DNA of 64,000 nt from an uncultured bacterium. Lineage in GTDB: Bacteria > Patescibacteriota > Patescibacteriia > Patescibacteriales > UBA12465. This document shows, piece by piece, positions 52,724-61,164 of this stretch (position 1 is its first letter; every line of letters starts with the position of its first letter). The position numbers and the translations under genes were made by a program. The stretch lies in NCBI GenBank assembly GCA_938003925.1, contig CALKWQ010000016.1, positions 16,363 to 80,362 of the forward strand. The letters run 5' to 3'. Under the pieces are notes generated by a model that had not been told where the DNA came from, did not search any database, and worked only from the letters and a program-made list of their open reading frames with translations.

Positions 52724-55377
52724 GCACAATAAAAGAGTATATTAATAACCAAATACTTAATTCTACTAATAGTAGTAGTTCTGGTCTGTATAAAAGAATA
52801 GATAAGAAAATAAGTGATTTTAAAAAAATGTTAGACAATGGTGCAGTGTCATTACCAGGCCAGACTGGTATTGATAAATTAGTAGCCGATAGAGTATTAG
52901 CACTATATGTACCAGCACACGCAGATAATAATAGCACTCAAATAAAGCCTAGTCTAGAAGTAAAAAAGTCTAAAAATGTATTTTCTCCCACTAGAGAAGA
53001 GGCATTTCAATTTGATGGTTTTATATCATGGGGTGGAAATGACGCTTTTATATGCCCATGGTTGACTGAATTTATAAGTCCTGACTCAGACGGTATATCA
53101 TCAAATCCATACGAGCCTTCTCAATCTTATGACTATATAGAGTTTAGTAGGGATATAAAATTTAATTCTAGTTCTAGGCTAGTATCACAAAATAGACAAA
53201 TAGTTTTAGACTTTAATTCTATCTGCTCTTTTAATAAAGATAGTAAAAAACTTATATTTGGTTTTCCTAATGATAGTGCATCGTTTACAGATGAAACAAA
53301 AGCTTCAAAAGTGATAAATCTATCAACATATATTACAGAGCAATATTGGTGTATTGGAAAAATAAAGCTTGTAAAAGACTTTTTAGTAATACAAGTAATA
53401 TCCTTTAATAGCGAAAGTGATTTAAATCTATTTGAGAGACCAAATTGCTGCGCCTTAACAAAAGATGAGGGTAAGTGCTATACGGCTAATTCATACCTAT
53501 TAGTGGTTAATATAAATTCTCAATCAGTAAAAAAATTAACAAATAATTTAGCAATAGCTCAAAATAAAGTAGACATTATTAGTGGTTATACAGATTTTAT
53601 TATACATAAAGAAAAAATATTTGTTATTAAAACAGAAAGTACAAATAGTGTAGAGTTTAAAGGTTTTATGCTAGGCACAAAACCAAAAGTTAGTGGCTAT
53701 GTTAAGCTGAATAAACCATTAAAATATAGCCTAATTAATTGTAAGCTAGCATTATATGAGCTAAATCCAGTTGATACTAGCTTAAAAAAATTATGTAATA
53801 TAGACCTACCTACAGAGCTAAAAAATGATAGATTTGGTATCACTGGTAGCAGGGCTGTTGTTACAACAGCTAAATTAGCTGCCAATGATATATGTCCTTA
53901 TACTTTTTATGTACAGGTATTTTATGAACTAATAGCCCAACTACCTTATGACTATGAAAAAGACTTTTATGGCCATCCATTTTGGGAAGCTGGCCTTGGT
54001 AAATTATTACGAACTGACTCTTCTAAACTTAATGATTTTTGCTATAATGAAGACAAAGCTGAGAATATAAACTATCTTTATGGTACTTTACTAGTAGCAC
54101 CAGCAGAAAACATAAGCTATGGTGCTGTTGTTAAAATAGCTGGTCACTTATATGCCGAAATTCCATTTAAGCTTGATAATGACATTTATGAGAATAAAAG
54201 CTTATCAAGTCTTGATATAATATATGAGACAGTAGATGATGCTAGGCCTGGGTATGATCCTAGAAATAATAATTGGGAAGTATGGGATTATGGTGAAGGA
54301 AACATAACAGCTGGTGATATATTTGTTATATGGCATTTAGCTAGTAGCTATTTAGGTTCTGGTAGTAAATATACGGAAGCTATTGTGAATGCATTAGGTT
54401 TAAAATTAGAAGACACAGCTCATCCTGTGTACGTAGAAATAGCTAAGAAAAAAGAAGCTAAAGAAACATTAACCACCTTTGCTAAAGCTATTACTACAGG
54501 TGGTATATATAGCATAATTTCTGAACGTTCACAATCTAAATGGTCACAATCTTTAAGCATAGGTAGAGGCGCGTACTCTTTTCCATTTGAAAGACGATAC
54601 GCCTATTTTGGCGGTAATAGAGGCTCATTTGATTATCCTATTAGTGGTTATAATTCTAGTCAGGATACTTTCTTAGTAACATTTACTCATGATGATTTAC
54701 CGCTTGATGGCAATAGAGGCCCTAATAAAGCTAGACCTATTTTAATTTTAGGCGGTTTAGGCATGCATCCTGATCCATGGAAATTAATGGGCACTTGGGG
54801 TGAGCAGTTGTCACAATCGCCACTATCTGTTGAAGTATGGTCGTATGATACAGTAAATGGTAATAACCTGTCTGAATTTTCACATTGTAATAGCGACTCC
54901 CAACCAAAAGTGTATATGCAGGGACATGAAATACCATTAGGTACAATAGGCTATTATAGCACCACATATGATGCTTCAGATCCAGCTAATCAAGTATTTC
55001 ATGGTATGTATCCATTGCCACAAAATGGCATAAATATAGATGATAATGGACATAAGATAGAATCTAACGCGCATATTTTTAGCGATATAAAGATACCACT
55101 TGATGATCCATTTACCATATATTATGTACTATTTATGTATAAAGAGGAATATGACACAGATGATAAGAAGTATAAGGTTAAAAATCATATATTAGAAAGT
55201 AGAGCTTATAAAATAAATCCATATAAAGATAGCTCTTATAATGGATTCTCTCAGATGAGATTAGACACCGCTAAAGCTATGGCTTATTGGTGGAGTAAAT
55301 ATGTGCCGGCTAAGTCCACAGACCCAGTTCCCTGGTTTGGACCTAGCCAGCTAGATTTACATATTAGCATACGCTAG
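52720..55377 (+). CDS. hypothetical tail-tip protein (885 aa), last gene of the late strand
   Basis: ATGA-coupled. Its 3' end overlaps the converging SbcC-like gene by 14 nt. Confidence 0.5.
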   Translation: MSTIKEYINNQILNSTNSSSSGLYKRIDKKISDFKKMLDNGAVSLPGQTGIDKLVADRVLALYVPAHADNNSTQIKPSLEVKKSKNVFSPTREEAFQFDGFISWGGNDAFICPWLTEFISPDSDGISSNPYEPSQSYDYIEFSRDIKFNSSSRLVSQNRQIVLDFNSICSFNKDSKKLIFGFPNDSASFTDETKASKVINLSTYITEQYWCIGKIKLVKDFLVIQVISFNSESDLNLFERPNCCALTKDEGKCYTANSYLLVVNINSQSVKKLTNNLAIAQNKVDIISGYTDFIIHKEKIFVIKTESTNSVEFKGFMLGTKPKVSGYVKLNKPLKYSLINCKLALYELNPVDTSLKKLCNIDLPTELKNDRFGITGSRAVVTTAKLAANDICPYTFYVQVFYELIAQLPYDYEKDFYGHPFWEAGLGKLLRTDSSKLNDFCYNEDKAENINYLYGTLLVAPAENISYGAVVKIAGHLYAEIPFKLDNDIYENKSLSSLDIIYETVDDARPGYDPRNNNWEVWDYGEGNITAGDIFVIWHLASSYLGSGSKYTEAIVNALGLKLEDTAHPVYVEIAKKKEAKETLTTFAKAITTGGIYSIISERSQSKWSQSLSIGRGAYSFPFERRYAYFGGNRGSFDYPISGYNSSQDTFLVTFTHDDLPLDGNRGPNKARPILILGGLGMHPDPWKLMGTWGEQLSQSPLSVEVWSYDTVNGNNLSEFSHCNSDSQPKVYMQGHEIPLGTIGYYSTTYDASDPANQVFHGMYPLPQNGINIDDNGHKIESNAHIFSDIKIPLDDPFTIYYVLFMYKEEYDTDDKKYKVKNHILESRAYKINPYKDSSYNGFSQMRLDTAKAMAYWWSKYVPAKSTDPVPWFGPSQLDLHISIR

Positions 55378-57409
55378 CTTTACCATTTAATTCTTGTACA
55401 GTGATTAATTTATCAGCATAGTGCATTTCAACAGGTTTATGCGTAATATTTATGATTTGTGGTATAATATCTTTGAGCTCTAATAAGCCCTCTAAAGTTT
55501 GTTTTGTACGGTTATCATCAAAAGATGATGAAATTTCATCTAGAATTATAAAGCCAAGACTGCTAACTAATTTATTACTTCTTAATGTAGCTATAGCTAG
55601 TCTAAGACAAAGATTAGCCAGATCATTTTCAGAACCTGATATAGTAGAAAGTTTTCTTATAAAACCTTGATGCGTATTTATTATTATTTCATAGTCATTA
55701 CTGAGCTGAAATGATGAGTATCTATTTTTAGTAACCTTATGAAATAGTGTTTCGGCTACTGAGGCTATCATTGGTCTTATTTTAGCTGTTAGATATTTTT
55801 TAAACTTTACATAAGTTTCATAATAATACTTTAGTTCAGCTAATTGCTTACTAACATCATCAATTAGTTGTCTTATATTATTAGCATTCTCCACTGCCTT
55901 GCGCAATTCTTGTATCCTACCATCTAGCTTGGCTATGTTTGTTAAAATTGACATAGCCAAGTCCTTCCTTTCCTTTAATTCATTAGATAGTCTTTGTAAT
56001 TCTAGGCTAGAGCTATTAATATCATTGTATAAACACTGCAATTGTGACTCATTATACTCTTGAGCTATTTCTGACGCTCTTATTTTATTCTGGTTAATAA
56101 CCTCAATTTTTTGCTTCAATAGTTCATAACTATGCTTTAGTTCTTTATATTTTGATTGATTAAGTCTTATTTCATCAATTTCAGTTTCAACTAGCTGTTT
56201 TTCTTCTGCAGAAAATTCTACTTCAATAAATTTAGCTTTTAGCTCATTTCTTCTATCTAATTCTGCAATATAAGCGGAATATAATGAGTTCAGGCGGGAA
56301 AACTCAATTTGTTCAGCATTATAAGCATCGATAGCCGGCTGACCATTTGTTTTGGCATGGCCAACTGATTCTTCTAATGATTTTATAAGTCCGTCAACAT
56401 CTGCGATCTCCGTTAAGCAGGTAGGACATACTGTCAATCCACGTAACTTACGAACAGTGGCTAAGTTACTTTCAGCAACGGAAATCGCAGTATAAGCCCA
56501 CTCTGGTTTTTCAGGAGCTGTTGGCTTATCTACGACTGTCAATTCTTTTTCTAACTCACTCTTTATAAATGACATTTTAGCACTTAGTATTTCTAGCTTT
56601 TTTAGCTCCTCAAGTCTTGCCAAGAAATTACCAAAATCTTTTACAACAAATGATTCAAAAGCTTCCTTAGCTTCTTCATAACCAGTTACAGGTTCTAAAT
56701 CCAGTCTTGCCAGTTCCTTTTTTAAACTTTCTAATTTTGTAGCCTTAACCCTAGTGTCTTCAATCTGTTTTCTCAGTAAATTAACCGGTTCTTCATTTAT
56801 TTCAATAGGAACTAAGTTAGCCCTTTCTATTTGAGCAGTAGTTAATTCGTCTGATAAATGATCTGCGTCCTGAGCAGCTGATAGGAGACCTTTTAATTTT
56901 GAATCAAGATCATCTATATCACCTTTAAGCCTAGTAAGAACTTTATCTATGGCATGAATTTTGAGCATCTTTTCAATAGTCTCCTGCCGCTTACCAGGAC
57001 GCAGAGCTGAAAAAGCAGCAAGTTCTTTTTGACGAACATAATGTCCTAAACGGAAACCAGCATGTGTAACACCAGTAATTTGTGTAACATACTTTGTTAC
57101 GTTGGCTTTATAATCTGCTACTAGCTCACTTCCTTTGAATACTTTTGCAGCTACAGCATCTCTTCCAACTTTATACTCATCAAAAGATAAAACTACACTA
57201 CCACTAGACTTACCATCTGTAATCCATGCATTACCAGTGTCACGGAGAGCCTTTGCGCCAAAAAGTGCAAATTCAATAGCTTCTGGTATAGTACTCTTAC
57301 CAGCATTATTAGCTCCGACTATAGTGTTTACACCTGGAACAAATTCTATTACGGTATCGTGGTGTTGCCTAAAGTTTGTTAATCTTAGTTTAGATATCAT
57401 CTTCTTCAC
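55364..57409 (-). CDS. Rad50/SbcC-like recombination ATPase
   Basis: It has a Walker A motif (GANNAGKST), a central zinc hook (VCPTCL) in a long coiled coil, a signature motif (LSGSENDLANL), a Walker B motif (FIILDE) and an H-loop (ITHK). The ATG at 57400 (MISKLRLTNF) is a likelier start than the GTG at 57409. Confidence 0.85.
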   Translation of the reverse strand: MKKMISKLRLTNFRQHHDTVIEFVPGVNTIVGANNAGKSTIPEAIEFALFGAKALRDTGNAWITDGKSSGSVVLSFDEYKVGRDAVAAKVFKGSELVADYKANVTKYVTQITGVTHAGFRLGHYVRQKELAAFSALRPGKRQETIEKMLKIHAIDKVLTRLKGDIDDLDSKLKGLLSAAQDADHLSDELTTAQIERANLVPIEINEEPVNLLRKQIEDTRVKATKLESLKKELARLDLEPVTGYEEAKEAFESFVVKDFGNFLARLEELKKLEILSAKMSFIKSELEKELTVVDKPTAPEKPEWAYTAISVAESNLATVRKLRGLTVCPTCLTEIADVDGLIKSLEESVGHAKTNGQPAIDAYNAEQIEFSRLNSLYSAYIAELDRRNELKAKFIEVEFSAEEKQLVETEIDEIRLNQSKYKELKHSYELLKQKIEVINQNKIRASEIAQEYNESQLQCLYNDINSSSLELQRLSNELKERKDLAMSILTNIAKLDGRIQELRKAVENANNIRQLIDDVSKQLAELKYYYETYVKFKKYLTAKIRPMIASVAETLFHKVTKNRYSSFQLSNDYEIIINTHQGFIRKLSTISGSENDLANLCLRLAIATLRSNKLVSSLGFIILDEISSSFDDNRTKQTLEGLLELKDIIPQIINITHKPVEMHYADKLITVQELNGKASVC

Positions 57410-58418
57410 CCACCAGTTCTGCTATAGCCTCTTCTAAATAGACTAAAGCTTTATGATCATCACAAAAATGTTTAAATTCTGTTATCAAATCAAAATTGGC
57501 ATCTATATGGCTAATTTCTACTTCTTCATGACCAACCTTAATTAAGTCATAAATTAAGTCGCCTTTAAAATTCACACACACGCTATCAATAGCGGCTAGA
57601 CAAATTGAATACTCAGAATGGGGTAAATAATTTACAACTACTTTATAGATACATTGTTCGTCTAGATCGTGAAGTCTATCAAGTAGATCATTAACACCAG
57701 ACCATGAAATGTCTATTCGCTTCATTAATCGTGGCTGTGGAATAGGCACTAGCTCAACCTTATCATCAATTAAATACACAAATCTAGGACCTAGTTCACC
57801 AAAATTTAACTCCATTGTAGACCCAGTTATATACACATTATCATTTAGTATAACTGGACTATGCTGATGTCCTATAAAAATCCTTTTACAGTACTTAGTA
57901 AGATGATCTAGCATCTCTTGATCTATATTTAGATCATTTGGACCTAAATCCAACTTACTTAGAGTCATTGAATGCAACATACACATATCTGCATATGTAT
58001 CTATGCTTAGAACAGCTTCTCTAAATTCTTTTTGAGACTTCATATGTGGAATGGCTATATAGCCATTTCCATACTCAATTTTGAAACTATTGTGTATTGT
58101 AATATTGTGTCTTTCTTCAAGAACATCTAATGCAGATACACTAGTATAAGTCTTAGTGGAATCGTGATTACCTCCAAGAATTATAAAGTTTATATCTGAG
58201 TATTTGTTGAAAACTGCATGCGCTGCTTTCTCAACCCAATTTGGCCAAGTAGTATCATCTATTAGATCTCCTACTTGAAGTATAGTTCTTACTCCTTTAT
58301 CATAAAGGAGTTTTACTGCTTGTTCAAAGCACCATGTACATTCCTCAGTACGTCTGGTACTATCATAGGCTTTAAAGCCTAAATGTGCGTCTCCTATTAC
58401 TCCGTATGGCATGAGCAT
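57390..58418 (-). CDS. Mre11/SbcD-like nuclease
   Basis: Calcineurin-type phosphoesterase motifs are GDAHLG, VGDLID, GGNHD and IGHQH. RBS is GGAGGTaaagttATG. Confidence 0.85.
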   Translation of the reverse strand: MLMPYGVIGDAHLGFKAYDSTRRTEECTWCFEQAVKLLYDKGVRTILQVGDLIDDTTWPNWVEKAAHAVFNKYSDINFIILGGNHDSTKTYTSVSALDVLEERHNITIHNSFKIEYGNGYIAIPHMKSQKEFREAVLSIDTYADMCMLHSMTLSKLDLGPNDLNIDQEMLDHLTKYCKRIFIGHQHSPVILNDNVYITGSTMELNFGELGPRFVYLIDDKVELVPIPQPRLMKRIDISWSGVNDLLDRLHDLDEQCIYKVVVNYLPHSEYSICLAAIDSVCVNFKGDLIYDLIKVGHEEVEISHIDANFDLITEFKHFCDDHKALVYLEEAIAELVGEEDDI

Positions 58419-58618
58419 AACTTTACCTCCATTGCTGAGATAAGCGCATCAGCATTGAATATTGTATTTTTAATAGTTTCATCATCTAATGAAGTAAATG
58501 AAAAGCCATGAATAAATGAACTCATAACCATAGCTTCAGCTGAGGAGTTAGCATTAACTATCTCTTGTTGAAGATTATTATCATGAAAAGATACATAGGC
58601 TACTACATATGTTTTCAT
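58397..58618 (-). CDS. hypothetical protein (73 aa)
   Basis: The ORF overlaps the SbcD-like start. No motif recognised. Confidence 0.45.
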   Translation of the reverse strand: MKTYVVAYVSFHDNNLQQEIVNANSSAEAMVMSSFIHGFSFTSLDDETIKNTIFNADALISAMEVKLCSCHTE

Positions 58619-58740
58619 TAGTATTCGTCCTTTCCAGTTGATAACTGCTTTATTCGTTCTTCCTGTTGTTGCTTCTTAATACGCTCTTTAATACACTTAG
58701 GGTCGGTACAATCTTTTACTCCGTGAGTAGTACATTTCAT
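58618..58740 (-). CDS. small ORF (40 aa) not in the ORF track: MKCTTHGVKDCTDPKCIKERIKKQQQEERIKQLSTGKDEY
   Basis: Hand-translated. GGAG lies 7 nt upstream. Its TAA stop shares a base with the ATG of the next gene (TAATG). Confidence 0.45.
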   Translation of the reverse strand: MKCTTHGVKDCTDPKCIKERIKKQQQEERIKQLSTGKDEY

Positions 58741-58742
58741 AT

Positions 58743-58946
58743 CTATCTCCTATAAAATGGATTTCTAAAATTTCTTCTTATAAAATACTCAACTATATAG
58801 TTATAAATTCCATACGGCCAACAAATAATAGCAAATATAAAAGTTTCAAATGGTACATATTTAGTGTGTTTTAGTGATGTGCTAAGGTGAATTACGCAGA
58901 TAATTAGGCCTATAGCAAAGTAAATACCAAAATATAGGGCTATCAT
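58743..58946 (-). CDS. small membrane protein (2 TM)
   Basis: Hydrophobic segments are MIALYFGIYFAIGLIICVI and FIFAIICWPYGIY. Confidence 0.5.
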   Translation of the reverse strand: MIALYFGIYFAIGLIICVIHLSTSLKHTKYVPFETFIFAIICWPYGIYNYIVEYFIRRNFRNPFYRR

Positions 58947-59161
58947 GGCGCCACTCCTAATTTATATAGCATTTCTATAGCCGCAGCTTTTGGTACAACA
59001 AATTTTGGTAAGTTATAATATACGATAGCAGAACCTAGCATGAATATTATACTGGCTAGCTTATTCTTAAATAAGCCAGCAAGTAGAAAGAATAAACCTA
59101 ATAGAATATAGCACACAGCTTTAGCCTTTGCATAGTCTGTAAAAATTTCTAGTTCAATCAT
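58943..59161 (-). CDS. small membrane protein (2 TM)
   Basis: Hydrophobic segments are VCYILLGLFFLLAGLF and ASIIFMLGSAIVYY. It is ATGA-coupled to the next gene. Confidence 0.5.
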   Translation of the reverse strand: MIELEIFTDYAKAKAVCYILLGLFFLLAGLFKNKLASIIFMLGSAIVYYNLPKFVVPKAAAIEMLYKLGVAP

Positions 59162-59226
59162 TGTAAGTACCTTTCATATAATGATATTAATATTGAGCCA
59201 ATAACCAGAATTATATATATATAGCC

Positions 59227-59412
59227 TCATACTTCTATTACCTTGGCTTCAGTTACATCAATTATGTTGTACCAAATAACACATTGCTGATTCATGAGCT
59301 GTAATAAGTCTTTTCTAGCCGCTTCTTCAGCTTTATCTTTAGATCCACTATATAGTCTAGACTGCTTACCATGGTCTAAAGCTTCATATAAAAGAATAAT
59401 AGATATATTCAT
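59227..59412 (-). CDS. hypothetical protein (61 aa)
   Basis: The ORF overlaps the stop of the HD protein gene by 4 nt. Confidence 0.4.
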   Translation of the reverse strand: MNISIILLYEALDHGKQSRLYSGSKDKAEEAARKDLLQLMNQQCVIWYNIIDVTEAKVIEV

Positions 59413-60131
59413 ATAATCCCCAATCTAGTAAGATCTACTCTCTTTCTTGAAGCCATGTAATCTGCTAAATGAACTATTTGCTCAATATCAGTAAAACTAT
59501 GTGGCCAAAACTTTTGTCCTACTTCTAATGGATTACAATCAGTAGAACCAGTAGCCCATCTACCCATATGCCATCTAACACCTTCTACTAGGGCATTAAT
59601 AGCTTGGCTATCATATTTCTTTGCAAGCCATCTTAAATTAGTTGAAGCTACTATATCATGCGGTTCATCCATAGCCTTACCAATATCATGAAGCATTAGA
59701 GCTCCAATTATAATGTCTCTATGTTCTACAGGCGTATCATACGCGTAGAATAATTCTTTAGCGAAATAAAGTGTGGCTAAAATATGTCTAACTAGCCCAC
59801 CTATTCCATTTGATTGACTAGGATGGTGCTTGCCGGTGGAACTAGCTGCTATTGTATGAAACTTACTAGGTATCTTATTAAAGACTTCAATTATAAAAGT
59901 AACAATTTCTTTATTATCTATAAAACCCAATTGTTTAAAGAGTAAGCTAGAGTAATATAAGTAGCTGTGCTCACCAAGAAATTCTATATATTCTTTTTCA
60001 TTAGTAGCCAGTAACTTATATTCACCACCAAATGTAACTAAAGCTCTATCACACTCTATGTTATAGAATAAAGTTAAATCCTGATTAAAAGGTGTTGCGT
60101 ACGTTGGTGCCACTATTTTAACCTCAAACAT
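59409..60131 (-). CDS. HD-domain phosphohydrolase
   Basis: The spacing HILATLYF...ALMLHDIGKAMD fits the H..HD signature. Confidence 0.7.
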   Translation of the reverse strand: MFEVKIVAPTYATPFNQDLTLFYNIECDRALVTFGGEYKLLATNEKEYIEFLGEHSYLYYSSLLFKQLGFIDNKEIVTFIIEVFNKIPSKFHTIAASSTGKHHPSQSNGIGGLVRHILATLYFAKELFYAYDTPVEHRDIIIGALMLHDIGKAMDEPHDIVASTNLRWLAKKYDSQAINALVEGVRWHMGRWATGSTDCNPLEVGQKFWPHSFTDIEQIVHLADYMASRKRVDLTRLGII

Positions 60132-60582
60132 CTTTAGACCTTTCTAGGCATTCGCCCACTATAACCTCAGCAGTTAGTTTAATAGGAGTCATTTGTGCCC
60201 AGTATATACCAGCTTCACCAGATTCTTTTATGGTGAGCATTAGTCTACCAGGAATAAAATACCATTGCCATTCTGGAATTTTCACTATCAGAAAAAGGGA
60301 ATGGCCACCTGCAGCAAGGACACGCATTGCGCCTATCCACTGAGATGGCCTAACATCTTTAAAATAGAACTTATCTTTATACTCAGAAGACTTTATCTCA
60401 CAAATTGCGAATTTGCTTTGAAATATAAACCATAAGTCTGATGGCTGATTTTGAACTACATTTCCTCCGGCCTGGTAAGTATCAGTAAAAGTTTTAAAAT
60501 AAAAGTCTTTTCTAGAATCCATAAAAACTTTTAAAACTTTCTGTACTCTATCCTGTGCCTTCTTCCAGTTTTGGTTGGACAT
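60124..60582 (-). CDS. PD-(D/E)xK nuclease, RecU-like Holliday junction resolvase
   Basis: PSDLWFIFQSKFAICEIKSSE...FYFKDVRPSQWIGAMRVLAAGGHSLFLI parallels the RecU core (D...E-x-K, Q, GG). Confidence 0.55.
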   Translation of the reverse strand: MSNQNWKKAQDRVQKVLKVFMDSRKDFYFKTFTDTYQAGGNVVQNQPSDLWFIFQSKFAICEIKSSEYKDKFYFKDVRPSQWIGAMRVLAAGGHSLFLIVKIPEWQWYFIPGRLMLTIKESGEAGIYWAQMTPIKLTAEVIVGECLERSKDV

Positions 60583-60703
60583 CTATAACCTCAATTATAT
60601 GCTGTGTTAGTAGTAAATTTGAATCATTTCTATAGATACATTCTAGACCCAATTGCTTATGGGCTAAGTAAATTAGCTCATTAAGAGTAAGTTTAATTTT
60701 CAT
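60548..60703 (-). CDS. small ORF (51 aa) not in the ORF track: MKIKLTLNELIYLAHKQLGLECIYRNDSNLLLTQHIIEVIDVQPKLEEGTG
   Basis: Hand-translated. GGAGGG lies 5 nt upstream of the ATG at 60703. It overlaps the next gene start by 35 nt. Confidence 0.45.
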   Translation of the reverse strand: MKIKLTLNELIYLAHKQLGLECIYRNDSNLLLTQHIIEVIDVQPKLEEGTG

Positions 60704-60824
60704 TGCTACCCTCCAACTTAACTGAAAATAAATTTGTTAATCTATCACTAGCCGTGACTGAGGCTACTTTTGGTGTATCTATTGTTATACGCTTATTTAT
60801 ATACTCTTGTACTGCTATAATCAT
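60693..60824 (-). CDS. small ORF (43 aa) not in the ORF track: MIIAVQEYINKRITIDTPKVASVTASDRLTNLFSVKLEGSNEN
   Basis: Hand-translated. GAGG lies 5 nt upstream of the ATG at 60824. It overlaps the next small ORF by 11 nt. Confidence 0.4.
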   Translation of the reverse strand: MIIAVQEYINKRITIDTPKVASVTASDRLTNLFSVKLEGSNEN

Positions 60825-60849
60825 TGTTGCCTCATTTATTATTAGCTCA

Positions 60850-61053
60850 TTATTGCCCTTCATTTGAATCCTCCAAGGCTAATGTAGCTCCAACATAGGC
60901 AAATGCCAATAGAGCTAATGTACCATAGTTTGCTATCAGTTTATTCATATCTATTATAGCATTATCAAACATAGTTCTTTCTTCATTAGAAAGACCACTA
61001 ACTGTCTGTCTAATTTCCTCAATAACGGCCATATGTTGTTCTTTTTCAATCAT
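60850..61053 (-). CDS. small protein with C-terminal TM segment
   Basis: I prefer the ATG at 61053 (AAGGAGA 7 nt upstream) to the track start at 61089, because that extension would cover promoter cassette A. The TM segment is YGTLALLAFAYVGATLAL. Confidence 0.5.
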   Translation of the reverse strand: MIEKEQHMAVIEEIRQTVSGLSNEERTMFDNAIIDMNKLIANYGTLALLAFAYVGATLALEDSNEGQ

Positions 61054-61072
61054 TATCATTCTCCTTGAAATA

Positions 61073-61125
61073 GTGTTATTATTAAGCAATGGTTATATAC
61101 TAACTGATTATAAAATGCTGTTTCA
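61073..61125 (-). promoter_or_regulatory. conserved promoter-like cassette, copy A (TGAAACAG-N16-AGTATATAA-N12-AATAACAC)
   Basis: Read on the - strand, it ends 19 nt before the ATG at 61053. Confidence 0.45.
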
Positions 61126-61164
61126 AATATACTGTTTTAAGTATAAATAGTAATCATTTAGCGA

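Noticed and set aside
29947-54967. Short - strand ORFs (60-98 aa) scattered through the tail-tip block, plus the + strand ORFs 55452..55670, 57135..57437, 62738..62941 and 63490..63783 opposite the replication genes.
   Set aside because: All are antisense to long ORFs that have motif or coupling support. In such AT-rich DNA they are expected by chance in the complementary frame.
55364-58418. The SbcC/SbcD-like pair as a possible defence system (OLD/Gabija/Lamassu/Wadjet-like ATPase-nuclease pair).
   Set aside because: The zinc-hook Rad50 architecture plus an Mre11 phosphoesterase, next to a resolvase, an HD hydrolase and a DNA polymerase, is the ordinary phage recombination/replication module, as in T4 gp46/47 and T5 D12/D13. 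Nothing here suggests a defence island.
61127-61146. The hairpin TATACT-gtttta-AGTATA after the thyX stop, considered as a terminator.
   Set aside because: It has only a 6-bp all-AT-rich stem with no T-tract, too weak to call.
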